DNA of 62,961 bases, counting the filler, from Conidiobolus incongruus B7586 (lineage: Eukaryota), in NCBI GenBank assembly GCA_000697335.1. It is 18 parts of 18 records of this genome, joined end to end, with 100 filler letters (N's around TTAATTAATTAA, not from the genome) between each part and the next. Parts side by side here need not be neighbours in the genome. Positions count along the whole stretch, not along the records: positions 38,570 to 53,923 come from JNEM01003718.1; 17 more parts are not named here. One strand, 5' to 3'. Shown in pieces: positions 39,801 to 54,000 of the stretch. The notes beneath the pieces were generated by a model. That model saw nothing but the letters and a program-made list of their open reading frames with translations, was not told the origin of the DNA and did no database searches. The position numbers were made by a program, and so were the translations under genes. The first letter of the stretch is position 1; each line of letters begins with the position of its first letter.

Positions 39801-42800
39801 AAGATCGGAATATATTGAAGTTTAAAAAAATAATTAAATAATCTGAGATAATTAAGTTGATCAATTGATTTTGCAAACTGGATATAGTTAGTAATAGAAA
39901 AGATGAAATGTGTTAATAGGTATCGAGGTTGAATTTTCTGAATGAGTATATATTCCAAGATATAGTGTAATTAAATTTGCTAAATATAGTTCAAGAATAA
40001 CTTATGAATATAGCCTATAATATTAAAATTATATTATCTAATAATTATTATAATTACAAATCTAAATTAAATAATTTTTAATTTTTTCTACTAAATAGTA
40101 TAGACTAATTTAATTGAAATTATGGCAATAATAGAAAATTAATATTTAAAATTAATTAAAAATATTTTCTTGTTAAAAAGGTGATTAATCAAAAGTAATA
40201 TTTTAATATTCATTTATATTTCAGAATTAATTGATTTTAATTATTTTATTATTATAAAGGTTATGGTATTAAATTAATTATAATATATTTTAATTTATTG
40301 GGTTAATCAAAATATATTCAAAAATTATATTTATTAATTAATTTTTTTAGTTTAATATTAGTTAAGATATAGAATAATGTTTATAATATATTTGAATAAA
40401 TATAGAAGTAAATATTTTAAATTATTATTTTTTTTAAAATAAATGAATATATTATATTACTTACTCAATAATATAAGTTATATTTCTTAATTATAAATTT
40501 GATCAATATAGCTTTATGTTAAAATAACTAACGTTAGTCTTTTAATATTATTCAAAAATTATTTATTAAATATAATAAAATTTGATTTTATCCAAAATTA
40601 GTGGTATAACCATAATTCAAATATATAGTTTATTTTTAAAAAACAGCTATAAAAATCTTTCTAATTTACTTTATAATAAAATGATATAAATTATTATTTC
40701 CAAAGATTCTGTTTTTGATAATATAAATCTATTTTAATATATAAAATTATTTATTAAGTTTTAATATATATATATATATATAGATATATATATGTAATTT
40801 TCTAACAAATAAATTGACAATGATATAAATATATTCTAATTAATGTAACTAAATCGATTGTAATTTAAATTACAATTTCAATTTGCTTATAAAATAATGA
40901 AAAGATATCATTATACAAATATATTAATAATGTCAGGAATATTTGATTTAATTATTTTAAGAGGATATAATATAATAAAAATCAATAAATTTTTCAATAT
41001 AATATAATCGATAAGTATGATAAGTTTCATGCAAACTGTTAATAAAATATTGAAAAATAACACTTAAAGCATGATTTATATAGAGTATTACAAAATAAAG
41101 ATTATAAATTTATAATGGTTTTTCAAAATTTTTGTAACAAAAATATTTTAAGTATTATTCAATTTAATTAGATTATATCTAAAGGAAATAAGTTTATATC
41201 AAATCCTTTAGTATAAAAATAATGAGTTAATATTTGTATATAATAATTACCATTGAATTTAATGAAATAATTAATTTCAATTAAATTATCAAATAATGAG
41301 AGTATAATTATTATTACCAATTGCATATAATAATGAATAAATTTTCCGAACATGATTATAGTCTATTATTTTTTTAAATTTCAGATTAGTGGTTAAAAAT
41401 TTTATTATTATTTGTATATATTTATAATCTTATAAATTTAAATTATCAACATTTGTTTTGTTTGTAAGCTTGAAATATTTAATTAATTTTGATTATCTTT
41501 TGATTTTAAAATTTATATTTATTTTTAGTTGTGATATTTAAGATGAAATACTTATTTTTACAATTAAACAATAAATATAATTTTCTTAATCATTTCTTAT
41601 TTTGATGAATTATTTGATTTTCAAATTGGTTCAGGTTAAAACAATATTTTGATAACAAAAAATATTTTTATATCTGCCATTTTAATATATATTTATTTTT
41701 ATTAAATCAAAATAAACTCTCTATTATATTATATCTCATTCAGAATATTAAATTGCATTCATTATATATCAAAATAAATGCCGTATATGTTCCCGTATAT
41801 CGAACTAATTAATATATAAATTTTAAATATGCGTTTAATATATTGATTATATATATATATATATCCTATGAATCAAGGATATTTATAGATATTTATAAAT
41901 TAAACCATTTAATATAATTTAATTAATAATTTTAAGTTATTTTGACTAATATATATACTGTTCACAGTTTGAAAAAGTTGGTATATATAGTTAAACACTA
42001 TAATTCAAAGAACTAGATACATATTTGAAAAACAAATCATTATGCTAGTTGTGAAAGAAGTTATATCACCACAAAAATTGCGACAATTATATAATTAAAA
42101 CCAAATATAATTCTTTGAATTTATTCTAACATAATGTGATTCTACAGATTACTAGTGAAAAATTAATAACAGGGAAGGGAGCCGCTTACTCATAGTTTGC
42201 TGATACTTTAACTTATGGTATTTTATTAGGTAATTAAGAGTTTATTGGCTTCACAAAAGACTAGAGGCGATGATGAGAATTATCTCTACAATGATTCATA
42301 TAGGGACCATTTATCGGCCGTAGGTAATGTAAAGAAGTATATTAGATCTTGAGAATAATGAGAGTTTGAGGTGGTGTGACGTGTATTCAGGGATTATATC
42401 TCTATAAGATGATTGATTGCGAGATAAAGTTGGTCGGGCGGGTTGTTATCTACGTAACCATAATATAATAGACCAACTCAGTTACCGATTGTGGATAAAA
42501 TTATAAAGTTATTAGACTGATAACTAAGGTCTATATTTATAATATAACAAGTAAAAACATTGAAATTTTCATTATATCATTCTCAAAATTAATAAATTTA
42601 TATAAATTGAAATAAATATAAAAAATAATCTTTGTAATTTGAATAAATTAAAATCATATTTCAAATAGTGCATATCGTTTTATCAACATTAATTTTCTCA
42701 TAGCTTCGTTTACTTGATTCGGATATAATTTGATATTATTAGACAATTGAAACAATATACAATATGAAAAAAATACAAACAATCATTTGTATTTGTAAGT

Positions 42801-44460
42801 TGAATATAAAAAATATTTGAAATGAAAAAATAACTTCATTCTCTGTATTTTTATTTGAACTTTTACTTAATAATTTTCAAAGTTAGTATTGTAGCTATTA
42901 TCCAAATTTTTAATTATTGATTAATAAAATTCATGCATAAATCCTAAATTTTGACACAAATTAAAATCGGTATCGGATGCTTTTTAGTAACGATTAGATC
43001 AGGTAATATTTGAATTAGATGGAATAATTTAATAAAAGAATTGTATTATAATTTATAATAATCCAATACAATATATTAGCTTTATTATTTATATTGCTTT
43101 GGTATAAAATTTAAGGTGTACAAATATTAATTTATGATATTTAAAAATGTAATACGATTCCTTAAAATAAATAGTATGTAATAATTGTCAATAAATTTAA
43201 TTTTATCCAAAAACTGATAGTAAAACTATGCAATCAACACAATATCATAATATTTTTAAAAAACCCGGTGGGTATATGCAAATTAATTTTAAATGGAAAA
43301 TATCGGAATCTAATTCAAACTTATTTGAATAACCTTAGCATGAATTTATACAAGTTGAAACTTTGATTCCAATATATTGGCAAAATTATTCATGCTATTG
43401 AGATGTGTTTCAACCAATTTATATATTTGGCGCTAGTTTGAATAAAAAAAATAAGTATTAATATCAAAATTATAATAATTGACAATTATTATGTATTTAA
43501 ATTAATATCATTTCAATAATTGATCTTTTAAAAAATTAGTTGGATCTAGAATTCAAATCAATGAAGAAATTTATAAATCGGTCTTACGCTTAATATGAAT
43601 AATGAAAATATAATCGCCTCGCATTTATTTTATAAAGAGTTTAAAAATAAAAATCCTAAATCCATTTCAATGGTTGATGCATAATATTAGAAATAATTTT
43701 GATAATCTAAGATTGATAATGTGTTCAATATGGCGATAATGTTGTCACACAATAAGATTAATAATTTTGAATATGTATCATTCTATGATAGTTGATATAA
43801 TCTATAATTTTTATTATATAAAAAATTTATTATTATAAGCGCCAGCTTATATTTGGTAATATTTTTTTAATAAATTTAAAATTTGATTAAATTTAAGAGT
43901 AATCATCATTAAAATACAACTATATTCAAAATTTAAACATTAAACTATAAAAAATATATCAACAATAAAAATTGCTATATCGTTATTAATTTTATTAATC
44001 ATATATTGGAAATACTAGCGGTAGAATAAATAAATTTTGATTATAATTGTGAACTCTCTCAGCCAATTACAAGAATATATTATCTATACTTTTAAGTGAG
44101 GCATTAATTGAAAATTTTGTGTTATAGAATTCTAATTGCACCATTATGAGGCGGGTAAATAATTGGACTGTAATTAGTTTAAGTTTCGTATTAATTTATG
44201 TAAAAAATTATTTATCAATATCGGAGATAGGAATTAATCAAGTAAAAATAAGTTGATATTAAAATTAATTTTTTGGAATAATATTATTATAATTTTAATT
44301 TTATAAATATTAAAAACTAAAATTATAACTTGATTGCTTTATTTGTGAAATATGTTGCATTGTTAGTAAATAGTATATATTGTTAATGTGAACACCAAAT
44401 ACTGTGTTAGAAATTAATGGTAATGGGTAAAATCTACTTTGTACAAATTGTTTGCAATCA

Positions 44461-46110
44461 ATGAATATTTCGAAGCCTATTGTCCTCAAGTCGTGTGATA
44501 ATTGCCGTAAACGAAAAGTACGGTGCGATAAACAGAAGCCTTTTTGCCAAAGATGTATTCATTCAGGAATTTGTTGTCAATATACACCAGTTAAAACAAA
44601 ATCCAAATCCAAATTAAAAATGTTTTACATTAAAAAAAGTCCCCAATCTGAGAGTTACAGCCTTCCAAGCCCATCGAGTAATAGTTCTGAACACAGTTCA
44701 GATTCTTGTGACCCTGAAGTGATTAAGGGAATTCACCCCAACCTACCTGCATTTAACTGGTTGGAGGTTTTCGATATTTTAAATAGTAAATTGGTTAAAA
44801 CAATTGATCAAAATACCCAGATGGTTCTGATAGGTAGCTATATGAAATTGATATCTCAGATAAATCCAATAGTTCATAATTCCTGTTTATTAATTTTGAT
44901 CGAAGAATTCCCTTGTGTATTGTATAGTATGATGGCTCTTGGTGCTATTTACATTTGCCGACAGCCAAATTCATATACAGTTCCATTGCGAATTACCATG
45001 AATCAAGTCATGGAAATCGCCGATAAAGCTATGGAACTTCTCCAACAAGAGAAAAGGAAAGATCATCCAGCACTTGGTGTGGCTTATTTTAACCTTTCCT
45101 TATTATACATTTTTGAGAATCAATTGGAATTAGGGTGGTTGAACATCGGACTCGGGTGCCAACTTGCTCAAAGAATCGGATTGAATCGAGTGATCGATTG
45201 CCCCCGCGAGTTTATTCCAAAAGACGATGTCGATGCTTTAGATAATGAAATAATGACAAGGTCTTGGTGGGGGATTTACATCCAAGACATCTCTCTGAGC
45301 TTAGTATACGATCGCTCCTACTATTTTCAAGATTATGAGCTATCAATATTAGCTCCGATTGAATTTCAAGAAAAATGTCCGGTGCATTTCCTAAACTTTC
45401 ACCAAGACAACAATAATGATAATTTAGGGAGATCAAAATCGAAAGTTTGCTACCATAGTAAAATAGAACTAAATGCATTGGAACTACCTTTGAATCGAAT
45501 AGCTATAGAACAATATTTAACAATCCTGCAATCAAAACTTAAATTATTCAATCAACGCATGAAAGATCCAAAATATTTTAGTAATGAAAATATTCACTGG
45601 CATGTTGAATATGAATTATTATTAATTAAATGCAACGAGTGGATTAATTATGTTATGAAACAGTTTCCAATCAACCACTACCTCGAGAGCACCTTTCCTC
45701 CTACTCATATTGAGCTTGATTCAATGATTTTAGCGATGACGATAAATATGATGATTAATGATATTATCATTTTAATAGAATATAATGACCTTCCATTCCC
45801 TAGCATTGTGGCTCAAAAATTCAGCTCCAAAGGATTTTATGCAGCAGTTAATAATTCCAGAATTTATCAATGGCTCATGCTATATAGTGATGTGACACTT
45901 GACCCCGCACGATATTTTACACTTTTAAATTGTATGTTAGTTTTTTACCATTGCACACTTCCACCGATGTCATTGAATTATGTTGAATTCGCTAAGCAAG
46001 AAATTATTCAATTAAATATCAACTTCTCAAATTGTAATGCATTTTGGCCTGAGATGAAATCATATTTTCAGCAAAAATTAGATTTAATCATGAATAAAAT
46101 TTTTCAGTAA
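44461..46110 (+). CDS. Zn(II)2Cys6 (GAL4-type) transcription factor with fungal-specific TF middle domain, 549 aa, intronless
   Basis: SCDNCRKRKVRCDKQKPFCQRCIHSGICCQY binuclear cluster. Middle homology region GLGCQLAQRIGLN...EIMTRSWWGIYIQD. The first ATG is 44461; the track start at 44452 is a TTG. Confidence 0.93.
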   Translation: MNISKPIVLKSCDNCRKRKVRCDKQKPFCQRCIHSGICCQYTPVKTKSKSKLKMFYIKKSPQSESYSLPSPSSNSSEHSSDSCDPEVIKGIHPNLPAFNWLEVFDILNSKLVKTIDQNTQMVLIGSYMKLISQINPIVHNSCLLILIEEFPCVLYSMMALGAIYICRQPNSYTVPLRITMNQVMEIADKAMELLQQEKRKDHPALGVAYFNLSLLYIFENQLELGWLNIGLGCQLAQRIGLNRVIDCPREFIPKDDVDALDNEIMTRSWWGIYIQDISLSLVYDRSYYFQDYELSILAPIEFQEKCPVHFLNFHQDNNNDNLGRSKSKVCYHSKIELNALELPLNRIAIEQYLTILQSKLKLFNQRMKDPKYFSNENIHWHVEYELLLIKCNEWINYVMKQFPINHYLESTFPPTHIELDSMILAMTINMMINDIIILIEYNDLPFPSIVAQKFSSKGFYAAVNNSRIYQWLMLYSDVTLDPARYFTLLNCMLVFYHCTLPPMSLNYVEFAKQEIIQLNINFSNCNAFWPEMKSYFQQKLDLIMNKIFQ

Positions 46111-49100
46111 TTTGTAAAAATACTAATATGTGCATTTATATTTATAATATTTAATTTAGTTAAACTTATACTATTTTCGAGTATAACCACAATTATAATA
46201 TAAAACAATTAAAAATTATTATATAATTTATTAGCTTTTTAAATACCTTAATGATTACTCTATATCAAAGCACATCATCCTGCACATGAAAATCATGTAT
46301 ATTACATTTTGAATTTTCACCAAACTAAAATTTATCCCTTATAAAATATAAAGTATATAGTCTTATTATACATTCTACTTAAACTCTGTATTTTAAAAAT
46401 CTACTCGAAATTATATTTATACCTAATCTATTATTATATATATCATTTCAATTTCAAATTTCTTATCCCATGCTCTATTCTGGTTAATTAAATTATTAAA
46501 TTAATTATCGATCATTCATCAAAGTAATTTGTCAATAAATTAAACTACATAACATTGATTAACCTATTAGAATGACAGATATTCTGCTGAATGGCTTAAG
46601 CGTAATATTTTCCAAAAATATGATTTGTAAGTTTTTGATAAAATTGTCAAATTTATGCATCAAATCCAGTCAAATACATAAAAATCAATTACTAATTTTT
46701 TTTGGAACAACTTTTATAAAATAAGATTATCAATACACTGGTAAGGTTCTTATATTTTAAATCATAATTAAAAAAGTTTTAGTCATCTATTTTCCTAATC
46801 ACAAGTAAAAAAATTATTTTAAATAATGCTTCAATCAATCTATTATTTATGATGAACAAATTTAACTGTTCACAAAGGAATAAACATTTAGTATTAAAAA
46901 AGATAAATATATATACTAATCAACACCTATTTTTAGCTAGGAAATAGAAATTTTTAATAAAAATATGATTTAAATAGCAAATTAATCGCTCTTTATACAT
47001 ATTATATTATATTATATTCTGAGTACTGATTACATCAATGGATTTCAAATCTTAATTATCAATTTTTTAAAATTCTGTTAATTTTTTATGTAAAAACTTT
47101 ATCAAACTATTGATATGAGAAAATAAAGGCAATAAATTATATTGAATGATATATTAATGAATAGACTTATACTCTATGGATCTTATAAAACATTACTAAA
47201 AATATCAAATAATTTATGTGAAGAAATTAATATGGAAAGTATACGAATAATAATCAATAGCTAGATTAAGTACAATAATGAACAAAATGTTAAATTTGAT
47301 ATTTAATGTGATATTAAATAAATATTAAAAAAATTAAATTATTAATTTTTAATCAAAATTGCATTTTTCTTTATTTAAATTAATTATATTCATATTATAA
47401 CTTTTTAAAATATTAACAAATAAAAGATATCAAATAACAGACAAATCAAAATCAAATAATTATAAAATACATTGAAACTTAATAATAATCAATTAGTACA
47501 TTTTAATAATAAACAATACCTCAATACTAAATTATTTGAGATAAATTCATATTAAAATCCAATTTCGTAGGCGGAATTATAATTAAGTTAGTTATTAAAA
47601 TTATTTTTCTGAATAATATGTTAATATTTTCAAATAATCTTTCTATAAAAGTTTCGAAATAATTAAATTTAGTTATTAAGCATTTTTTCGTTGTATATAA
47701 TTGAAATCTAATGTCATATATATATATATCAAGATATAGAAAATATAACCTCAAGCAAATGAATAAATGCTTGAACCATATATAAATGATAATTCATTTA
47801 GTAAAAAAGATTTTATTTACAATCTATTCTAAAAAAGAAAAAATAATTTCGTTGAAACATTGAACCAATTTGTGTAACAAGCAATAGTTTTTAATGTAGA
47901 TAGAATTAATTGGATATAATTCATATGGAATGTCTGATCCAAAAATTGACATATTTATATATTATAAATAAGAATAGCAAAAGGGCTGTTTGATTGTACT
48001 AAGCTATAGAAATATTGGTCTATTATTATAACCATAATACAACTCAAAGTATTTTGATTCTATTTGAGTAGAAAAAAGTAATAATATTTAAAATTAAATT
48101 ATATTGATAATTATGATTTAGGTGTTTATTTTTAACAATATAATGAAACAACAATAAATATTTAAGAGGACATTTTAATTTCCATAAACTTTACTATGAA
48201 AATTATATTCTACAATATTTAAAATTTCGAGGATTCAATTATTTATTATCGTAAACATATAAAATATAAATTGCTCTAAAGTATTCAATCATATATTTCA
48301 AATTAATCATAATGGTTTTATATTTATACAATGCATTATTAATTATAAAATATATTCGATAAAAAATTATTTCGCACACTTAATAAATCATTAGTATATT
48401 TTTTACATGGTTCAGTGAATTATTTTGTGTCATAAAAATAATAAAATAAAATAATTTGATTCATATATATACAAATTTTGAGATATTTTGAACAAATTAT
48501 GCTAATGTTATATTCAATCATATTACTAAGAATATACAATCAAGGTAATTTCTTAATTAGCATAAATTATTATTTTCAATAAATTTTTTGTGGTTTAATT
48601 AATTATAACTAAAGCCATTCATCAATTTTGGTAGTGATTGATTTCAACATCAATTCTTTGAATAATATATTGAACTCTTATGATTGTGTTTTGATTATTT
48701 TAATGATTTTATATGAAGCGTAATGCAAAATTTTCTTCAATAATTATTTGTTTGAATATTAATTTTTGATTATTTACAAAAAATTCTTTATTACAAGTAA
48801 ATTATATAAAATCTGATATGAATGTCCAAAATTTTGTAATATTTAGATGTATTTTAAAGAAAATGTGTAGACCTAAAATTCCTTAATCGGAAAGGATATT
48901 CCATAGCAGTCTTTACATTTCATAAGAAAAATATGGAGTCATTTTCATCAAACCTGGAATCTTCATTTCAGACTGATATTTATTTTGTGAGCTATGGGTA
49001 TTAATTAGCTTATTCATAATTTAAAGATTATATTATTTAATATTAAGTTTCATTAAATAATAGTGGATTTTTAATTGAGTAATGGTATCTGGTTGCTTGA

Positions 49101-49454
49101 ATTCAATAATAAGTATGGCGAATAAAATATATTTATGTTTCATATCTATGATTTAATGCAATATATGAGATCCTCCAAAAATTATAAATATATGATAATA
49201 TTTATTATTTTAATCGGAAAATTGTGAAATTAAAACATTTAGTCATTAAAGTATTTCAAATAATATAATATTTTTAGAGTTAATTATATTCAATTATAAA
49301 ATATTATTACTTTAAGAACCCTCGAATTTCCTTCAAATAGTGTGATGTTTTGCATTGCATTTTTCGGATGTTATTTATTCATCATTCCAACTACTAATAA
49401 TCTTTTGTTGACAAAAAATTTATTTTCAGTTATACCCGTAACTCCCAAATAATC

Positions 49455-51099
49455 AGCCCATTTAGGCCAGTAGTTCTTATGTCATGCAATATTGTCGTCA
49501 GCCTAAAGTACCATGTGATCGGGAGAAGCCATTCTGGAAGCAGTGCATCCATGCAGGAATATGCATTCAGTATACTCCAGTCAAAGTAAAATCTAAATCT
49601 AAATAAAAATACTTGAAATTAATAATGCCAAGTCCAGAATCAGGAAGTGATGAAGGGTGGAGTTCATCAAGTAGTAGTTGGGAGCCAAGCTCAGACTCAA
49701 GCGAACTGTTAACCATTAAAACAATTCATCCAAATTTACCAATATTCAAATGGAGCGAAGTAGTAAATGAATCAACACAAAAATTGATTAAAGCGATTGA
49801 TGAAACCCAACTGGTCCTCTTAGTAAGTTATATTCAACTTATACCTAAGATTTATGGTATACTTCACAGTTCATATTTAATGATGTTAATGATAGAATTT
49901 CCTTGTATACTTTATAGTATACTAGAACTTGAAGGCAATTATATTTCTGAAACACAAAACCCGGATAAATTGCCAATAAAGATAACCAATGACAATGTTA
50001 TGGAAATAGCAGACAAGGCCATGGAACTTCAACGCGAAACAAGAAAAGGTCACCCTGTACTTGGCGTTGCCTATTCCAATCTTACTTTTTTATATTTTGT
50101 TGAACAATAATTCGAGTTAGGATGGTGGAATGCACGATTAGGGTGTAAGCTTGTTCAAATAATCTGTTTAGAGAGAATTGTTGATAGTTCTAATGAATTA
50201 ATTCCAATCGATAACCCCAGTGCTCTAGATAACGAAAATAGAACCCAGTCTTGGTGGGAAATTTACTTACAATATATTTCATTTGGATTACTCTACGACC
50301 GCCCATGATATTTCCAAGATTATGATCTTCCATTCTTGACTCCAATATAATTTCAACTGAAATGCCCTGTTTATTACCTCCAATTCCATCAACCTTATCA
50401 TACTGTTTGGACCAAGTCAACCCAGAGAGTATGACATCACAGTACACTGGAATTACAAGCATTGAAACATCCACCAAACCAAGTGAATATTGAGAACTTT
50501 TTAATTGTCCTTCAACACAGACTTAAACTGTTCAACCAACCTATGAAGGACCCCAATTATCATAGCGTTAAAAATACTCAATGGCACCTGGAGTACCAAT
50601 CTCTATTAATTTAATGCAGATAATGGATCAATTATATAACAAAGCAATTTTTTCATAAATCACCCCCTTCAAAGTGCTATTCTTCCTATCAATATTCATT
50701 TGGATCAAGTGATTGTAGCTATGATAATTAATATGATGATAGATGATATAGTAATTTTGTTAGAATACAAAAATCTTCAATTGCCGTCCTTAATCTCGCA
50801 AATAATTTAGCCCAATAGTTTTTCAAGCAGCTATTTACAATTCCAAACTCTATCAATGGCTCATGTGTTATACCGATGTCACAATGTCTTCGTCAAAATA
50901 AATGCAATTTCGAGTTGTATCTTATTTTTTTTATCAATGCACATTACCTCCTTAGGCACCAAGTTTGATTGGAATTGCCAAAAATGAAATCATCAAACTA
51001 AATACAAAATTTTCAATATTTGTCACACATTGACCGAAAATAAAAGAATATTTTCAGCAAAAGATAGATATGATAATCAAAAAAATCAGTCTACGCTAA
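49455..51099 (+). pseudogene. Pseudogenised tandem paralogue of the 44461-46110 Zn2Cys6 factor
   Basis: Colinear throughout: PVVLMSCN/CRQPKVPCDREKPFWKQCIHAGICIQYTPVKVKSKSK*, IHPNLPIFKW, EFPCILYS, MEIADKAMEL, and end YFQQKIDMIIKKISLR*. Frameshift and Cys->Trp in the zinc cluster, stops at ~49604, 50108 and 51031, plus further frameshifts. Confidence 0.9.
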
Positions 51100-54000
51100 T
51101 TACTTGATTTTGGACTTTAATTATTTTTAATTTAAAATATTTGATATTAATATTATGAAAAGATATTTTATTTGATATTTTGATTTTTCCAAGATTTAAT
51201 TAATATCTATATTTGATGTGTTATTATGATAATAACATCTATTAAATACATTTTTAATATTGTATAATGATAATAAATATTGAGATAAATATCAAAGATT
51301 GTTAACTTTCATAATATACATACTTTGATATTTTGCTATATTACTCTTAATTTACCTAAAAAATATCAAATTGACAGAGTTATTTTAGTTAATTTAAATA
51401 CATTATTATATTAATTACAATAATAATTTAATAGCTTTACTCTTTATTTTAATTTTTCATCTTTAATTTCAAATTTCTGATTATAATAGCAGGAAGTATA
51501 AATTACTAGTTTTCGTTACTTATTTTGACTATGGATTAAATATATATATATTATTTAATATCCTGTTTGATGAAAATTTAAGGATTTTAAATATTATATG
51601 GATTTATAAGTGTTTAATAAATATCAAATATAAATATTTTATATATGGTATAATATATTTTATATAATAATAAAAAAATTAAATTATTAACTAATGAAAA
51701 CAAAACCAATATTATTTATGTAAAAATAATATAATGTAATAATTGATATTATCTTTATTTCTTTTTAAAATCAAATTATAATATATTTTCCAATATATTA
51801 TAATTTGTTTAAAAACAATAATTTTTATTATTTATATATTTCCTTTAATTTCAAAATTAATAATTCATTATTTTTAATAAAAAAATAATACTATTTAAAT
51901 AGATAGTGATATTTTGTTTTTTTATTTTTTCAAGGAATTTTATTTAATTATCTCTTACTCAAAATTCCTAATATATAATCATTGATGTCAAAAAACTATA
52001 TAATACTAATGTTAATATATTGAAAAAAAAATCCTTGTATTTATTTAATGAAAACAATATAGTTAAGTAAAAGAATAATATATTAGGTATTTTATTATGG
52101 ATTATAATATGAAAAAAATTAATTAAATTCAACAATCAAAACCTGAATATCAATGCTATTATCTATGATATTAAATTATGAATAGATTTATAATTTGAAC
52201 ACTCTCGATCTCATAAATATATCAAAATAACAGGATTATTCATAAATATGTACTTTTATTATTTTTTAATTCTCCCATATGAATTTTGGAAATTCATTTA
52301 TTTGTAAATATTGAATTATGCAAATGGATAATTTCATTGGTGAAGATAGATAAAAATATATCGTTTATATCATTCAATTCAAAGGGTAAATTAGATAAAA
52401 TTAAAACGAAAAATTTATTTTAATTCATGTTTTCTATATTATTCTTAATTGAATTTCAAGATAGTCAGCTTGCAACCTACTACTTTGATTAATAGTAATA
52501 AGGAAATATGGAAAAATTATTATATAAGTGTAAATCTTGAGTCAATTTTCAAGGTTAAACTTGATTATTCATGGAAACTGCTTCATTTTGCCGAATCTAA
52601 AAAAATTCATCCAAGCACATGAATATTTTAATTCCAATCATATTAGCTTAATTAATTTGAATATTCATATTAATTGAGCGTTATTATCTTAGATACATTA
52701 GGAAAGTTGAGTAAATATATAATATTTATTAAAAAACCAAAATATTTTTGTTTATTAAAGGAAATAATTTGAATTCGAATCAATAATTTAATATTACTAT
52801 TGAAACCAAGCATATTTCAAAGGAATTTTATGTTAAAAGCTATGTAAATATATCTAATGCATTGTGTAATAAGGTTTTTAGATTCAAAATGATTTGTATG
52901 TAGTTTGATTTATTTTTTAAATTAATCCATCATTATATTGAATTTCCCAATAAGTGTATTCTTAGATATTTTCATTTATTATACACAACTAACTAATATA
53001 TCATAAAGAAATAGAGTTTTTTAATTTATTAAAGAATAATTTGATCTTTCACTTTATAAATCTTTTCCTATCATACAATATTAAATCCAAATTAGTTCAA
53101 CTATTATTTTTAAAACTGATACTAATTAGAATTTTTATTTATATATATGTATATATATTTAATAGATATATGGACTTTTAATATATCTTTAAATGGTATT
53201 ATAACACTTGATCTGAAATTAATATATTAATATATATTAATTTTATATTATTTAATTTATATAAAGTTAAGTTTTATTTATATATTATGTAATTATAATA
53301 TGATTAACTTGATGGTAATTTGCCTGAGTTTTTTTACCACTCGATTTATTTCTTTAAAATAATATTATCCCAGAAAGCATATTATTTTATTCTAAAGGTT
53401 TTATTTTTTAAAAAGCTTATCTCACCTTTAAATACTATCTTTAGTTAATAATTGGATTATAAAAAAGTCATTGTCATAAAAATAAATATAAAAAGTCAAT
53501 AAACATATAATAAATTAATAAAAATAATAATAATAATATTTCATATTTTAATAGAATTATTAAAATAATATCATTATTTAATATTAAAAATTTTATTTTT
53601 ATATATAATAATTAGTATCAGGTAAATGTTCTTATTTTAGAAAAACTCTGTATAAAAATATTGATAATTTTTATGAATTATTATTAATAAAATTATATTT
53701 ATTTTCCAAATCATTTATATTAATTTAAAATCAAATTATTTTATATTATGGAATTGTTTTAATTAAAAAATATAATAATTTAATATCGAAAATATTTTTA
53801 AAATATAATATATATAACCAGATTATATAATACTTTGAATTAATTTATTTTGATATATATAATACTTAAGCTATTTTTAAAAATAATTTATCTATTTTTC
53901 AAATTTTTTTGAAATAAAAAAAANNNNNNNNNNNNNNNNNNNNNNNNNNNNNNNNNNNNNNNNNNNNTTAATTAATTAANNNNNNNNNNNNNNNNNNNNN

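Noticed and set aside
41168..50477. ORFs 41168..41353, 45212..45478, 47527..47754 and 50190..50477 (-)
   Set aside because: Low-complexity AT-rich chance ORFs, or antisense shadows of the Zn2Cys6 gene and its pseudogene.
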